Sequence record: OR896822.1
Reading direction: 5' to 3' (one strand)
Source: Salmonella phage vB_SenS-3
Length of the DNA stretch: 64,000 nucleotides
Part shown: one piece after another, positions 1 through 10,225 of the stretch
Numbering within the stretch: position 1 is the stretch's first letter
Layout of the letters: the number at the start of each line of letters is the position of its first letter
Program-made: the position numbers and the translations under genes
The notes under the pieces: model-generated
Told to the model about the DNA's origin: nothing
Databases searched by the model: none
Seen by the model: the letters and a program-made list of their open reading frames with translations, nothing else

Positions 1-1317
1 ATGAAAGTCTCTAGAGACTATATTAACACCACAGATGTTATTGACTTTGGTATTGACAAACGATTCTTTCGTCTACCAGTCTCTAGCATCCTAGCACAAG
101 AGGGAATTACACCTAATGCCCCTCAAATTGCAATTATTAATGCGTTGGAAGACCCAAGACACCGTTTCGTGACCGCATGTGTATCACGTCGTGTAGGTAA
201 GTCATTCATCGCATATACACTTGGGTTCCTAAAGCTTCTGGAGCCTAATGTGAAAGTGCTAGTAGTTGCACCTAACTACTCACTGGCTAACATCGGTTGG
301 TCTCAGATTCGTGGTCTTATTAAGAAATATGGGCTACAGACTGAACGTGAGAACGCCAAAGATAAGGAGATTGAACTAGCGAATGGTTCTCTCTTTAAGC
401 TGGCTTCTGCGGCACAGGCTGACTCCGCGGTTGGTCGTTCGTATGACTTCATCATCTTTGACGAAGCAGCTATTTCCGATGTTGGTGGTGCAGCTTTCGA
501 TATTCAGTTACGTCCTACCCTAGATAAACCAAACTCTAAAGCTCTATTTATTTCTACACCTCGTGGTGGTAACTGGTTCAAAGAGTTCTACGAGAAAGGA
601 TTTAATGAAACGTTACCTAACTGGGTATCTATTCATGGTACATATCGTGATAACCCACGTGCTGACCTGAACGATATCGAAGAAGCGCGTCGTACTGTTA
701 GTAAAAACTACTTCCGTCAAGAATATGAGGCTGACTTCTCTGTATTCGAAGGTCAGATCTTTGACACCTTCAATGCTATCGAACATGTTAAAGACCTCAA
801 AGGTATGCGTCACTTCTTTAAAGATGATGAGGCTTTCGAAACATTACTTGGTATCGACGTTGGTTATCGTGACCCTACAGCAGTTCTTACTATCAAGTAT
901 CACTATGATACTGATGTTTATTACGTACTAGAAGAGTATCAGCAGGCTGAAAAGACTACAGCCCAACATGCTGCTTATATCCAACACTGCATAGATCGTT
1001 ATAGTGTTGATCGTATATTTGTAGACTCCGCTGCTGCTCAGTTCCGTCAGGACTTAGCATATGAACATGAAATCGCTTCTGCTCCTGCTAAGAAATCTGT
1101 CCTAGATGGTTTGGCATGCCTGCAAGCACTGTTCCAGCAAGGTAAGATCATCGTAGATGCTTCATGTACCTCACTGATCCACGCCCTAGCGAACTACAAG
1201 TGGGACTTCCAGGAAGGCGAAGAGAAATTATCACGTGAAAAACCACGTCATGATGCGAACTCTCACCTTTGTGACGCACTGCGTTATGGAATTTACTCAA
1301 TTTCCCGTGGGAAATAA
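1..1317 (+). CDS. terminase large subunit
   Basis: 438-aa ORF starting at window base 1; P-loop-like RRVGKSF near N-terminus; sits immediately upstream of portal, protease and capsid genes; size matches T5-type TerL from memory. Confidence 0.85.
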   Translation: MKVSRDYINTTDVIDFGIDKRFFRLPVSSILAQEGITPNAPQIAIINALEDPRHRFVTACVSRRVGKSFIAYTLGFLKLLEPNVKVLVVAPNYSLANIGWSQIRGLIKKYGLQTERENAKDKEIELANGSLFKLASAAQADSAVGRSYDFIIFDEAAISDVGGAAFDIQLRPTLDKPNSKALFISTPRGGNWFKEFYEKGFNETLPNWVSIHGTYRDNPRADLNDIEEARRTVSKNYFRQEYEADFSVFEGQIFDTFNAIEHVKDLKGMRHFFKDDEAFETLLGIDVGYRDPTAVLTIKYHYDTDVYYVLEEYQQAEKTTAQHAAYIQHCIDRYSVDRIFVDSAAAQFRQDLAYEHEIASAPAKKSVLDGLACLQALFQQGKIIVDASCTSLIHALANYKWDFQEGEEKLSREKPRHDANSHLCDALRYGIYSISRGK

Positions 1318-1344
1318 ATAAGTATAGGATGGGATACTACTCAG

Positions 1345-1869
1345 TTGGTATCCCATTCCTGCATTTTAAAATCCCCTTTACAAATTCGACATGATTATGT
1401 ATACTATATTCATACAGTTGAGGAGAATACTGTGGCAGGAAATGTAAAATATAAACGTGATGCTATATCACTAATGCGAGACGGTATAAAAAGTCAATAT
1501 AAAAAAGCCAATCGCTGCGAAATCTGTGGTAATGGTGAAGAATTAGAGCTTCATCATTACCATACAGTGTCTCTACTAGTTAAAAAATTTGCTAAAGAAC
1601 TCCAGTTGGATTTCACTGACGAAGAAACAGTCCTCTCAAATAGGACGGCATTCTATGAAAGATATAGGCATGAGCTAGTAGATGACACTGTTACCCTTTG
1701 TGTCCACCATCACCAACTATTACACAAGGTGTACACTAAAGAACCTCCCCTTTTCTCTGCTAATAAGCAGAAGGTATGGGTTCTTAAACAAAAGGAAAAG
1801 CTACAGAATCCTCAAGAAAAGACACAAGTCAAGACTGAAATTAAATCAGGATTCGCAAGGTTCTTATAA
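1345..1869 (+). CDS. HNH endonuclease (free-standing, between terminase and portal)
   Basis: Motifs CEICG...ELHHYH...N...CVHHHQLLH (C-x2-C, HH, CxHHHx3H). Likely true start is GTG at 1432 preceded by GAGGAG RBS; possible own promoter TTTACA-17-TATACT at about 1385-1415. Confidence 0.65.
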   Translation: MVSHSCILKSPLQIRHDYVYYIHTVEENTVAGNVKYKRDAISLMRDGIKSQYKKANRCEICGNGEELELHHYHTVSLLVKKFAKELQLDFTDEETVLSNRTAFYERYRHELVDDTVTLCVHHHQLLHKVYTKEPPLFSANKQKVWVLKQKEKLQNPQEKTQVKTEIKSGFARFL

Positions 1870-3086
1870 TGGGTTTAAAAAGCTGGATTACTGAAAAGCT
1901 AAATCCGGGTCAACGTATTATAAGAGACATGGAACCCGTTAGTCATCGCACTAACCGTAAGCCATTTACCACTGGACAAGCCTACAGTAAGATTGAGATT
2001 CTCAACCGAACTGCTAACATGGTTATCGATAGTGCGGCGGAGTGTTCTTATACTGTCGGAGATAAATATAATATTGTCACGTACGCTAATGGCGTCAAGG
2101 CAAAGACTCTAGACACTCTCTTAAATGTACGACCTAATCCATTCATGGATATAAGCACATTCCGTAGACTTGTAGTCACTGACCTACTTTTTGAGGGTTG
2201 TGCATACATCTATTGGGATGGCACAGCACTTTACCATGTCCCTGCTGCACTAATGCAAGTAGAGGCAGATGCCAATAAGTTTATCAAAAAATTCATATTT
2301 AATAACCAGATAGACTATCGCGTAGATGAGATTATCTTTATAAAGGATAACAGTTACGTGTGTGGCACAAACTCCCAAATTTCTGGACAATCTCGTGTTG
2401 CTACAGTTATTGACTCTCTTGAGAAGCGTTCTAAAATGCTTAACTTTAAAGAGAAGTTCCTCGATAACGGCACAGTGATTGGTCTTATTCTTGAGACGGA
2501 TGAAATCCTGAACAAGAAATTGCGTGAGCGTAAACAAGAAGAATTACAACTCGATTATAATCCTAGTACTGGTCAGTCTACTGTCCTGATTCTAGATGGT
2601 GGTATGAAAGCAAAACCGTACTCCCAAATATCCTCTTTTAAAGATCTAGACTTCAAGGAAGATATCGAAGGATTTAATAAATCCATCTGTCTTGCCTTTG
2701 GTGTTCCGCAAGTGTTACTTGATGGTGGTAATAATGCTAACATTCGACCAAACATCGAATTGTTCTATTACATGACTATCATTCCTATGCTGAACAAGCT
2801 GACTAGTTCTCTTACTTTCTTCTTTGGCTACAAGGTTACTCCTAATACTAAGGAAGTAGCTGCACTGACGCCAGATAAAGAAGCTGAGGCTAAACATTTA
2901 ACCTCTTTGGTTAATAACGGTATCATGACTGGTAACGAAGCTCGTGAAGAGCTTAACCTTGAACCTTTAGATGATGAGCAGATGAATAAGATTCGTATTC
3001 CTGCTAACGTTGCTGGTTCTGCAACAGGTGTATCTGGTCAAGAAGGTGGTAGACCGCAAGGCACTGCCGATGGGGATAAAGAATGA
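1869..3086 (+). CDS. portal protein
   Basis: 405-aa ORF directly after terminase in the head module; start overlaps upstream stop (TAATG); size matches T5 pb7-type portal. Confidence 0.8.
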   Translation: MGLKSWITEKLNPGQRIIRDMEPVSHRTNRKPFTTGQAYSKIEILNRTANMVIDSAAECSYTVGDKYNIVTYANGVKAKTLDTLLNVRPNPFMDISTFRRLVVTDLLFEGCAYIYWDGTALYHVPAALMQVEADANKFIKKFIFNNQIDYRVDEIIFIKDNSYVCGTNSQISGQSRVATVIDSLEKRSKMLNFKEKFLDNGTVIGLILETDEILNKKLRERKQEELQLDYNPSTGQSTVLILDGGMKAKPYSQISSFKDLDFKEDIEGFNKSICLAFGVPQVLLDGGNNANIRPNIELFYYMTIIPMLNKLTSSLTFFFGYKVTPNTKEVAALTPDKEAEAKHLTSLVNNGIMTGNEAREELNLEPLDDEQMNKIRIPANVAGSATGVSGQEGGRPQGTADGDKE

Positions 3087-3565
3087 TTGATTATAATGGT
3101 CTAAAGGCCATTTTTGGTGAAAAGCTGCCAGAATCTCATATCTTCTTTGCTACGGTTGCAGCACACAAGTTCGTTCCAAACTACGCTACTCTACGTAAAG
3201 AGTTTGGAATGACCACTGCACATACCAACCGCAAGGTTTGGAATAAGTTCAAAGAAGCATACGAAGTTACTGCTCCGGTTGTTCCGGCTCTAGCTTTCAC
3301 GAAGAATCTGGCTAAAACTCTAGCTGTTGATACTAGTGCAGCAATTAATCTGGGCGTAACAGTTACTGGTGGTACTGCACCATATACTTATGCTTGGACT
3401 AAAGACGGTTCTCCACTTAGTGGTGTTACTGGCCCTAATTTCAACAAAGCTACAGCTGCTGCAGAAGATGCTGGTACTTACAAAGTTGTTGTAACGGATA
3501 GTAAATCTACTTCTATTACTTCTAACGAGTGCGTAACAACTATCAACCCTGCGCCGGAGGCTTAA
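3083..3565 (+). CDS. head decoration protein with C-terminal Ig-like domain (pb10-like)
   Basis: 160 aa; C-terminal segment GVTVTGGTAPYTYAWTKDGSPLSGVTGPNF...DAGTYKVVVTD looks like an Ig-like domain; located between portal and protease. Confidence 0.6.
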   Translation: MIDYNGLKAIFGEKLPESHIFFATVAAHKFVPNYATLRKEFGMTTAHTNRKVWNKFKEAYEVTAPVVPALAFTKNLAKTLAVDTSAAINLGVTVTGGTAPYTYAWTKDGSPLSGVTGPNFNKATAAAEDAGTYKVVVTDSKSTSITSNECVTTINPAPEA

Positions 3566-3568
3566 TAA

Positions 3569-4201
3569 ATGACAAATGCTGCTATTGACTATAACAAGTT
3601 AAAATCAGCACCGGTTCATTTAGACGCTTACATTAAGTCTATTGATAGCGAATCCAAAGAGGGTGTTATAAAAATCCGTGGATTCGCTAATACAATTAGT
3701 AAAGATCGTGCTGGTGACGTAATTCCTGCTTCGGCATGGAAAACGTCTAATGCACTTGCTAACTACATGAAAAACCCGATTATTCTTTTCGGCCACGACC
3801 ATCGTCGTCCAATCGGCAAGTGTATTGATCTTAACCCTACTGAAATGGGTCTCGAAATTGAATGCGAGATTTATGAAAGTTCTGATCCAGCTATCTTCTC
3901 ACTAATTAAAAACGGTGTACTGAAAACCTTCAGTATCGGATTCCGCTGCCTAGACGCAGAATGGGATGAAGCTACTGACATATTTATTATTAAAGATTTA
4001 GAACTATACGAAGTTTCGGTAGTTTCTGTACCTTGTAATCAGGACTCAACGTTCAACCTCGCTAAGAGTATGAATGGCCACGATTACACTGAATGGCGCA
4101 AATCTTTTACTGCAACAAGTTCTAAGGCTGTCCCAGCTCAAGAACGTAATCTTTCTGAACTAGAAAAACTTGCGATAGCTTTAGGCTACGTTAAAGAATA
4201 A
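3569..4201 (+). CDS. prohead maturation protease (HK97 family)
   Basis: 210 aa immediately upstream of the major capsid gene; His-containing segment LFGHDHRRPIGK; size and position as in T5 pb11. Confidence 0.75.
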   Translation: MTNAAIDYNKLKSAPVHLDAYIKSIDSESKEGVIKIRGFANTISKDRAGDVIPASAWKTSNALANYMKNPIILFGHDHRRPIGKCIDLNPTEMGLEIECEIYESSDPAIFSLIKNGVLKTFSIGFRCLDAEWDEATDIFIIKDLELYEVSVVSVPCNQDSTFNLAKSMNGHDYTEWRKSFTATSSKAVPAQERNLSELEKLAIALGYVKE

Positions 4202-4218
4202 CGGAGAATTATTTAAAA

Positions 4219-5595
4219 ATGACTATTGATATTAATAAGCTGAAGGAAGAACTTGGTCTGGGTGATCTGGCTAAATCTCTGGAAGGTCTGACTGCTGCTC
4301 AGAAAGCTGCGGAAGCTAAGCGTCTGCGTGAAGAGCAGGAAGAAAAAGAACTGGCTCGTATGAACGACCTAGTATCTAAAGCTGTTGGTGAAGACCGTAA
4401 GCGTCTGGAAGAAGCTCTGGATCTGGTTAAGAACCTGGACGAGAAGTCTAAGAAGAGCGCAGAACTGTTTGCACAGACTGTAGAAAAGCAACAGGAAACC
4501 ATCGTTGGTCTTCAGGACGAAATCAAGTCTCTGTTGGCAGCTCGTGAAGGTCGTTCCTTCGTTGGTGATAGCGTAGCTAAAGCTCTTTATGGCACTCAGG
4601 ATGCTTTCGAAGATGAAGTTGAGAAACTGGTTCTTCTGTCTTATATGATGGAGAAGGACGTATTCGAAACTGAACATGGTAAGGCTCACGTTAAAGCTGT
4701 TAACGGTTCTTCTTCCGTTTCCATGTCTAGCGAAGCATACGAAACTATCTTCTCTACCCGTATTATCCGTGACCTGCAGAAGGAACTGGTAGTTGGTGCA
4801 CTGTTCGATGAACTGCCAATGTCCAGCAAAATCCTTACTATGCTCGTTGAACCAGAAGCTGGTCGTGCTACTTGGGTAGATGCTTCCAAATTCGGTACTG
4901 ACGAAACTGTTGGTGACGAAGTTAAAGGTCAACTGACTGAAATCAGCTTCAAAACTTACAAGCTGGCTGCTAAGTCCTTCATCACTGATGAAACTGAAGA
5001 AGATGCAATCTTCTCCCTGCTGCCTCTGCTGCGTAAGCGTCTGATCGAAGCACACGCTGTTTCTATCGAAGAAGCTTTCATGTCCGGTAATGGTACTGGT
5101 CAGCCTAAGGGTCTGCTGAAACTGGCTGCTGATGATGGTGCTAAGGTTGTTACCGAAGCTAAAGCTGACGGTTCTGTTCTGGTAACTGCTAAAACTATCT
5201 CCAAGCTGCGTCGTAAACTGGGCCGTCACGGTCTGAAACTTAGCAAACTGGTACTGATCGTATCTATGGATGCTTACTACGATCTGCTGGAAGATGAAGA
5301 ATGGCAGGATGTTGCCCAGGTTGGTAACGATGCTGTTAAACTGCAGGGTCAGGTTGGTCGTATTTACGGTCTGCCGGTTGTAGTTTCTGAGTACTTCCCA
5401 GCTAAAGCTGCTTCCGCTGAATTCGCAGTTATTGTTTATAAAGATAACTTCGTAATGCCGCGTCAGCGTGCCGTTACTGTTGAACGTGAGCGCCAAGCTG
5501 GCAAACAGCGTGACGCATACTACGTTACCCAGCGTGTTAACCTGCAACGTTACTTCGAAAACGGCGTTGTATCTGGTGCTTACGCTGCATCTTAA
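4219..5595 (+). CDS. major capsid protein with N-terminal coiled-coil scaffolding (delta) domain
   Basis: 458 aa; N-terminal about 160 aa is charged and coiled-coil-like (EELGLGDLAKSLEGLTAAQKAAEAKRLREEQEEKELARM); strongly optimised codon usage; followed by a strong terminator; size equals T5 pb8. Confidence 0.85.
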   Translation: MTIDINKLKEELGLGDLAKSLEGLTAAQKAAEAKRLREEQEEKELARMNDLVSKAVGEDRKRLEEALDLVKNLDEKSKKSAELFAQTVEKQQETIVGLQDEIKSLLAAREGRSFVGDSVAKALYGTQDAFEDEVEKLVLLSYMMEKDVFETEHGKAHVKAVNGSSSVSMSSEAYETIFSTRIIRDLQKELVVGALFDELPMSSKILTMLVEPEAGRATWVDASKFGTDETVGDEVKGQLTEISFKTYKLAAKSFITDETEEDAIFSLLPLLRKRLIEAHAVSIEEAFMSGNGTGQPKGLLKLAADDGAKVVTEAKADGSVLVTAKTISKLRRKLGRHGLKLSKLVLIVSMDAYYDLLEDEEWQDVAQVGNDAVKLQGQVGRIYGLPVVVSEYFPAKAASAEFAVIVYKDNFVMPRQRAVTVERERQAGKQRDAYYVTQRVNLQRYFENGVVSGAYAAS

Positions 5596-5614
5596 TACAG
5601 GCTTTTCAGCCGAT

Positions 5615-5641
5615 AAGGAGAGCTTCGGCTCTCCTTTTTTA
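5615..5641 (+). terminator. rho-independent terminator after major capsid gene
   Basis: Hairpin GGAGAGC-TTCG-GCTCTCC followed by TTTTTT. Confidence 0.75.
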
Positions 5642-5654
5642 TTGGGAAAAATAA

Positions 5655-6167
5655 ATGCAAATCATCACTGTTGAAGATTATAAACTATATGGGAACTTAA
5701 AACGTCCTGATATGGAAACTCAGGTTGAGATGATGATTAAAGCTGCCAATACGCTGATTACAAGCCTTCTAGGTATGGATGATGCAGACGCGGTAGATCA
5801 ATTAATCACCACAAAACCTAGCCGTAGGAAATATTTTCTGAGTTCCCCCTCAGCCACATCTATTACAAAGATTACTATTAACGAGAAAGAAATAGACCCG
5901 GAACAGTTTAAACTGTATCCTGATGGTGTTATTCTTCTTAAGTTTAATCCTCCTGAAGGGTATATGGATGTAGAGTATACTCAAGGTGGTTTCAATCCAA
6001 TGCCTGAAGATCTTAAACTGGCAGCATGTCTGTTAGTAGACCACTGGCATAAGCAAGATTATCGTCAAGCCAAGACTATTGGTGGTGAGACAGTTACGTT
6101 TAACAATACTAAGTCTGGTATTCCAGAGCATATTCGTACAATCATCGAAGTCTACAGGAGAGTATAA
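5655..6167 (+). CDS. head completion / head-tail adaptor protein (p144-like, by synteny)
   Basis: 170-aa ORF directly after capsid terminator; position matches connector genes of T5-like phages; no motif evidence. Confidence 0.45.
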   Translation: MQIITVEDYKLYGNLKRPDMETQVEMMIKAANTLITSLLGMDDADAVDQLITTKPSRRKYFLSSPSATSITKITINEKEIDPEQFKLYPDGVILLKFNPPEGYMDVEYTQGGFNPMPEDLKLAACLLVDHWHKQDYRQAKTIGGETVTFNNTKSGIPEHIRTIIEVYRRV

Positions 6168-6934
6168 TGGCTCTTTCTGATCTAGCCACACAAATTATTA
6201 AAGAGCAGCTAGATACTGCAGGACGATCTGAGAATAATAAGAATACTGTTGTGTATACAGTTGAGACAGGTTTGAAAGATCCTACAAGAGATGGTACAGT
6301 TGCACAGGCATCTTTCAAATTCTCAAAACCAGTATCTCAAGACTTATTAAACGTTAGGACAGCATCTATACTGAAGGCTGTTTCTTCTAATTTAGATTTT
6401 TCTGGTGATTTAGGCGCTCTAGAGAATTTAATTCAAGCAACAGCAGGTAAACGTTCTGCTGTTGGTAAAAAACGTTCTACCGGTAGAGTTCAGGTAAACT
6501 TTGGAGATCCTAGAGATACTGAAGATGGCTATTCTGGTGTAGTAACAGGTGCTTCCGGTCGTTTCGTATCGAACAGTAACATGCGTGCTATTCTTGAGAT
6601 AGTTGCTAAGGAATATTTAATCAAGGATATGAAAAAAGCAGGGGCACCATTGAAGTTCAGAACTGGTCGCTTTGCTAACTCCTTAAAGATTAAAGACGTT
6701 ATGCTACGTGATGTAGAAACTAGTAAAGGTGCTCCAGAGCTGAATGTGACGTATAACTATATGGTTCGTCCTTACTCTGTGTTCAACCCCGCAGTTTCTA
6801 CATATCGAAGACTTTCTCTACGACCTTACCCTGGCGCTCGAAACCCTCAAAAACTTATTGGGGAGGCAATCGCAAAAGCTGCAAGAGACCTGATTCACTC
6901 TAGATATAAAATCAAGGTTAATCAAGGAACCTAA
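6167..6934 (+). CDS. head-tail connector protein (p143-like, by synteny)
   Basis: 255-aa ORF, start overlaps previous stop (TAATG); synteny only. Confidence 0.4.
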   Translation: MALSDLATQIIKEQLDTAGRSENNKNTVVYTVETGLKDPTRDGTVAQASFKFSKPVSQDLLNVRTASILKAVSSNLDFSGDLGALENLIQATAGKRSAVGKKRSTGRVQVNFGDPRDTEDGYSGVVTGASGRFVSNSNMRAILEIVAKEYLIKDMKKAGAPLKFRTGRFANSLKIKDVMLRDVETSKGAPELNVTYNYMVRPYSVFNPAVSTYRRLSLRPYPGARNPQKLIGEAIAKAARDLIHSRYKIKVNQGT

Positions 6935-6937
6935 TAA

Positions 6938-7423
6938 ATGGATCACAGAACAAGTATTGCACAAGCAGTGGTTGACCGAATCGCCACACAAATGGATGGT
7001 TCACAACCTGACGAGTATTTCAATAACCTTTATGGAAACGTTTCTCGTCAAACTTATAAATTCGAGGAAATCCGAGAATTTCCTTTCGTGGCAGTTCATA
7101 TCGGAACTGAAACTGGGCAGTATCTTCCTTCAGGCCAACAGTGGATGTTTTTAGAACTTCCAATCCTCGTGTATGACAAAGAGAAAACAGATATTCAAGA
7201 GCAACTTGAAAAACTCGTAGCTGACATAAAAACCGTCATTGACACAGGTGGAAATTTAGAATATACTGTTAGTAAACCTAATGGATCGACCTTCCCATGT
7301 GAGGCAACTGATATGAGCATCACCTCAGTAGCTACAGATGAGGGTCTACTGGCCCCATATGGTTTAGCGGAAATAAATGTAACAGTGAGGTATCAGCCAC
7401 CTCGTAGGGCGCTTCGCAGATAA
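6938..7423 (+). CDS. tail terminator / tail completion protein (p142-like, by synteny)
   Basis: 161-aa ORF immediately before tail tube gene; synteny only. Confidence 0.4.
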   Translation: MDHRTSIAQAVVDRIATQMDGSQPDEYFNNLYGNVSRQTYKFEEIREFPFVAVHIGTETGQYLPSGQQWMFLELPILVYDKEKTDIQEQLEKLVADIKTVIDTGGNLEYTVSKPNGSTFPCEATDMSITSVATDEGLLAPYGLAEINVTVRYQPPRRALRR

Positions 7424-7449
7424 GTTACAGATTAGGAGAATATAAATAA

Positions 7450-8859
7450 ATGTCTTTACAACTATTACGTAATACTCGAATCTTCGTGTCTACGGTTAAG
7501 ACTGGTCACGATAAGACCAACACGCAAGAGATTCTAGTTCAAGATGATATTTCTTGGGGTCAGGACAGTAACTCAACCGATATTACTGTTAACGAAGCTG
7601 GTCCGCGTCCAACTCGTGGTTCAAAACGTTTCAACGACTCCCTGAATGCAGCTGAGTGGAGTTTCTCTACTTACATCCTGCCTTACTTAGATAAGACTAC
7701 TAGTAAGCAGATCGTTCCGGACTACATGCTGTGGCATGCTCTTTCTAGTGGTAAGCCTATCAACCTAGATGGTGATACAGGTGCTCACACTAACGAAACT
7801 AACTTCATGGTTAACTTTAAGGATAACGCATACCACGAGCTGGCAATGCTACATATTTACATCCTTACTGATAAAGCATGGAGCTACATCGATTCCTGTC
7901 AGATCAACCAGGCTGAAGTAAACGTTGATATCGAAGATATCGGTCGTGTAACTTGGTCAGGTAATGGTAACCAGCTGATTCCTCTGGATGCTGCTCCATT
8001 TGATCCTGATACTGTAGGTATTGATGATGAAACTTACATGACTATCCAGGGTTCTTACATCAAGAACAAACTGACTATCCTCAAAATTAAGGATATGGAT
8101 ACTGGTAAGGCGTATGACATTCCGATCACTGGTGGTAGCTTTACAATCAACAACAACATCACCTATCTGACTCCGAACGTCATGTCCCGCGTTAACATCC
8201 CAATCGGTTCATTTACTGGTGCATTCGAGTTAACTGGTTCTCTAACTGCTTATCTTAACGATAAAGCTCTAGGTTCTATGGATCTGTACAAAGATCTGAT
8301 TAAGACTCTTAAAGTAGTTAACCGTTTCGAAATCGCCCTAGTACTTGGTGGTGAATATGATGATGAGCGCCCAGCTGCTGTTCTAGTTGCTAAGCAAGCT
8401 CATGTAAACATCCCAACTATTGAGACTGATGATGTACTTGGTACTTCTGTAGAATTCAAAGCAATTCCTACTGATCTGGATACTGGTGACGAAGGTTATC
8501 TTGGTTTCTCTAATAAGTACACCAAAGCTACTATTGCAAATCTGATTGCAACTGGTGACGGTGGTAAAGCAGCTCCGGTTAAGGTAACAGGTATTACTGT
8601 TAAATCTGCGGGCGATGCAACTTCCGTTGAGAATAGCGCAACTCTTCAGATGACTGTAGACGTTTTACCTGCTGAAGCTACTAATAAGGAAGTAACTTGG
8701 TCTATTTCCTCTGGTACTGCTGCTACTATTGATGCAACTTCTGGTTTACTGACCGCTGATGCTTCTAAGACTGGTGCAGTTACTGTGAAAGCTGTAGCTA
8801 AAGATGGTTCTGGTGTAGAAGGTACTAAGAGCATTACAGTTACTGCTTCTGGTGGCTAA
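7450..8859 (+). CDS. tail tube protein with C-terminal Ig-like (Big_2-type) domain
   Basis: 469 aa; AGGAG RBS upstream; C-terminal VKVTGITVKSAGDATSVENSATLQMTVDVLPAEATNKEVTWSISSG...VTVKAVAKDGSG resembles a bacterial Ig-like domain; size close to T5 pb6. Confidence 0.75.
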   Translation: MSLQLLRNTRIFVSTVKTGHDKTNTQEILVQDDISWGQDSNSTDITVNEAGPRPTRGSKRFNDSLNAAEWSFSTYILPYLDKTTSKQIVPDYMLWHALSSGKPINLDGDTGAHTNETNFMVNFKDNAYHELAMLHIYILTDKAWSYIDSCQINQAEVNVDIEDIGRVTWSGNGNQLIPLDAAPFDPDTVGIDDETYMTIQGSYIKNKLTILKIKDMDTGKAYDIPITGGSFTINNNITYLTPNVMSRVNIPIGSFTGAFELTGSLTAYLNDKALGSMDLYKDLIKTLKVVNRFEIALVLGGEYDDERPAAVLVAKQAHVNIPTIETDDVLGTSVEFKAIPTDLDTGDEGYLGFSNKYTKATIANLIATGDGGKAAPVKVTGITVKSAGDATSVENSATLQMTVDVLPAEATNKEVTWSISSGTAATIDATSGLLTADASKTGAVTVKAVAKDGSGVEGTKSITVTASGG

Positions 8860-8863
8860 TTAA

Positions 8864-9763
8864 ATGTACTACTCTCTAATGCGAGAGTCAAAAGTTATAG
8901 TTGAGTACGATGGCAGGGCTTATCATTTTGATGCCCTGTCAAATTACGATATCAATACGTCCTATGAGGAATTTAAAACTCTTCGTAGGACTATCCATCG
9001 TAGAACCAACTATGCTGACTCTATTATTAATGCACAAACTCCATCTTCAATATCGCTGGCTATAAATTTTAGTAATACCCTTACTGAGGCTAACTTCTTT
9101 GAATGGATGGGCTTTGATAGAGAGGGTAACACATTCTTACTACCACTTTATAGTACAAATATTGAGCCAACAATGTTTAATATATACATAGTTAATAAAG
9201 ATAATAACTGTGTGTACTTTGAGAATTGCTATGTATCTACTGTAGACTTTTCTCTAGACAAAAGCGTTCCTATCCTAAACGTAGGAATTGAATCTGGTAA
9301 GTTCTCTGAGGTGTCTACTTTTACTCCTGCTGGTTCTATTGTTCAGGGTGAAGTTATGTCATATAGTCCTCCTAGAGTATCTACCAACAGTAATGTTTTA
9401 CCAGCTCTTTTATCCGCTTCTATGTCATTCCAGCAACAATGTTCTTGGAGAGAAGATAAAAGCGTATTTGACATAAACAAAATATATAATAATAAGAGAG
9501 CTTATGTTAATGAAATGAATGCTTCGGCAACAATTGCATTTTACTACACTAAGCGATTTGCTGGTGATATGTTTTATAATATTGAACCCGAAACTGACAT
9601 ACCATTAACCATCCGAAATGAACATATTTCGATTGACTTTCCTTCAGCACGTATAACAAAACGCCTACAATTCTCGGATATATACAGAGTTGAATGGGAT
9701 GTAATCCCTACTGCAGACTCTGATCCGGTAAGAATCGACTTCTTTGGAGAAATAAAGAAATGA
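8864..9763 (+). CDS. tail-associated protein (possibly collar protein p140-like)
   Basis: 299-aa ORF between tail tube and chaperone genes; assignment by synteny only. Confidence 0.35.
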   Translation: MYYSLMRESKVIVEYDGRAYHFDALSNYDINTSYEEFKTLRRTIHRRTNYADSIINAQTPSSISLAINFSNTLTEANFFEWMGFDREGNTFLLPLYSTNIEPTMFNIYIVNKDNNCVYFENCYVSTVDFSLDKSVPILNVGIESGKFSEVSTFTPAGSIVQGEVMSYSPPRVSTNSNVLPALLSASMSFQQQCSWREDKSVFDINKIYNNKRAYVNEMNASATIAFYYTKRFAGDMFYNIEPETDIPLTIRNEHISIDFPSARITKRLQFSDIYRVEWDVIPTADSDPVRIDFFGEIKK

Positions 9764-10164
9764 TCAATTTAAAAGATATTACCCTTGAAACTCGTACTAT
9801 TGAGCTGGCTTACCCAGGTATGCCTAACTTCAAGCTGCAACTGAACTACATGTCTCGTGCTGCATCTAAGCGTGTTATCTCTTCCGCTAAGCGTGATGAG
9901 TGGGTTAACGGTACTATGATTCAGGTTCAGGACGATGATAAGTTTATTGAAGCTTTCGTTGATACTGCAATTGCTGGCTGGACTGGCTTGACGATTGGAG
10001 ATGTTGAGAAGCTGATGCTTATCGAAACTGAAGCTGATCCTACTACTGAAGTTCCGTTTAGTCGCGATAACGCTATCATGCTTATGCAGAACTCTGCTGC
10101 GTTTGATTCTTGGATCAACCAGACAGTGTTCCACTTAGACACTTTTCGTAGCTCAAAAGCGTAA
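9760..10164 (+). CDS. putative tail assembly chaperone (upstream ORF)
   Basis: 134-aa ORF located just before the tape measure gene, the usual chaperone position. Confidence 0.4.
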   Translation: MINLKDITLETRTIELAYPGMPNFKLQLNYMSRAASKRVISSAKRDEWVNGTMIQVQDDDKFIEAFVDTAIAGWTGLTIGDVEKLMLIETEADPTTEVPFSRDNAIMLMQNSAAFDSWINQTVFHLDTFRSSKA

Positions 10165-10225
10165 GCAGTTACTAGATGCTGTTGCCGATTTTGCAGATAA
10201 ATGCATTAAATCCTCAGCATCTAAA

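Noticed and set aside
4369-5547. 392-aa ORF antisense to the major capsid gene
   Set aside because: Lies entirely within and opposite to a strongly supported, codon-optimised gene; Ser/Thr/Phe-rich low-complexity translation; no RBS. Typical antisense shadow ORF
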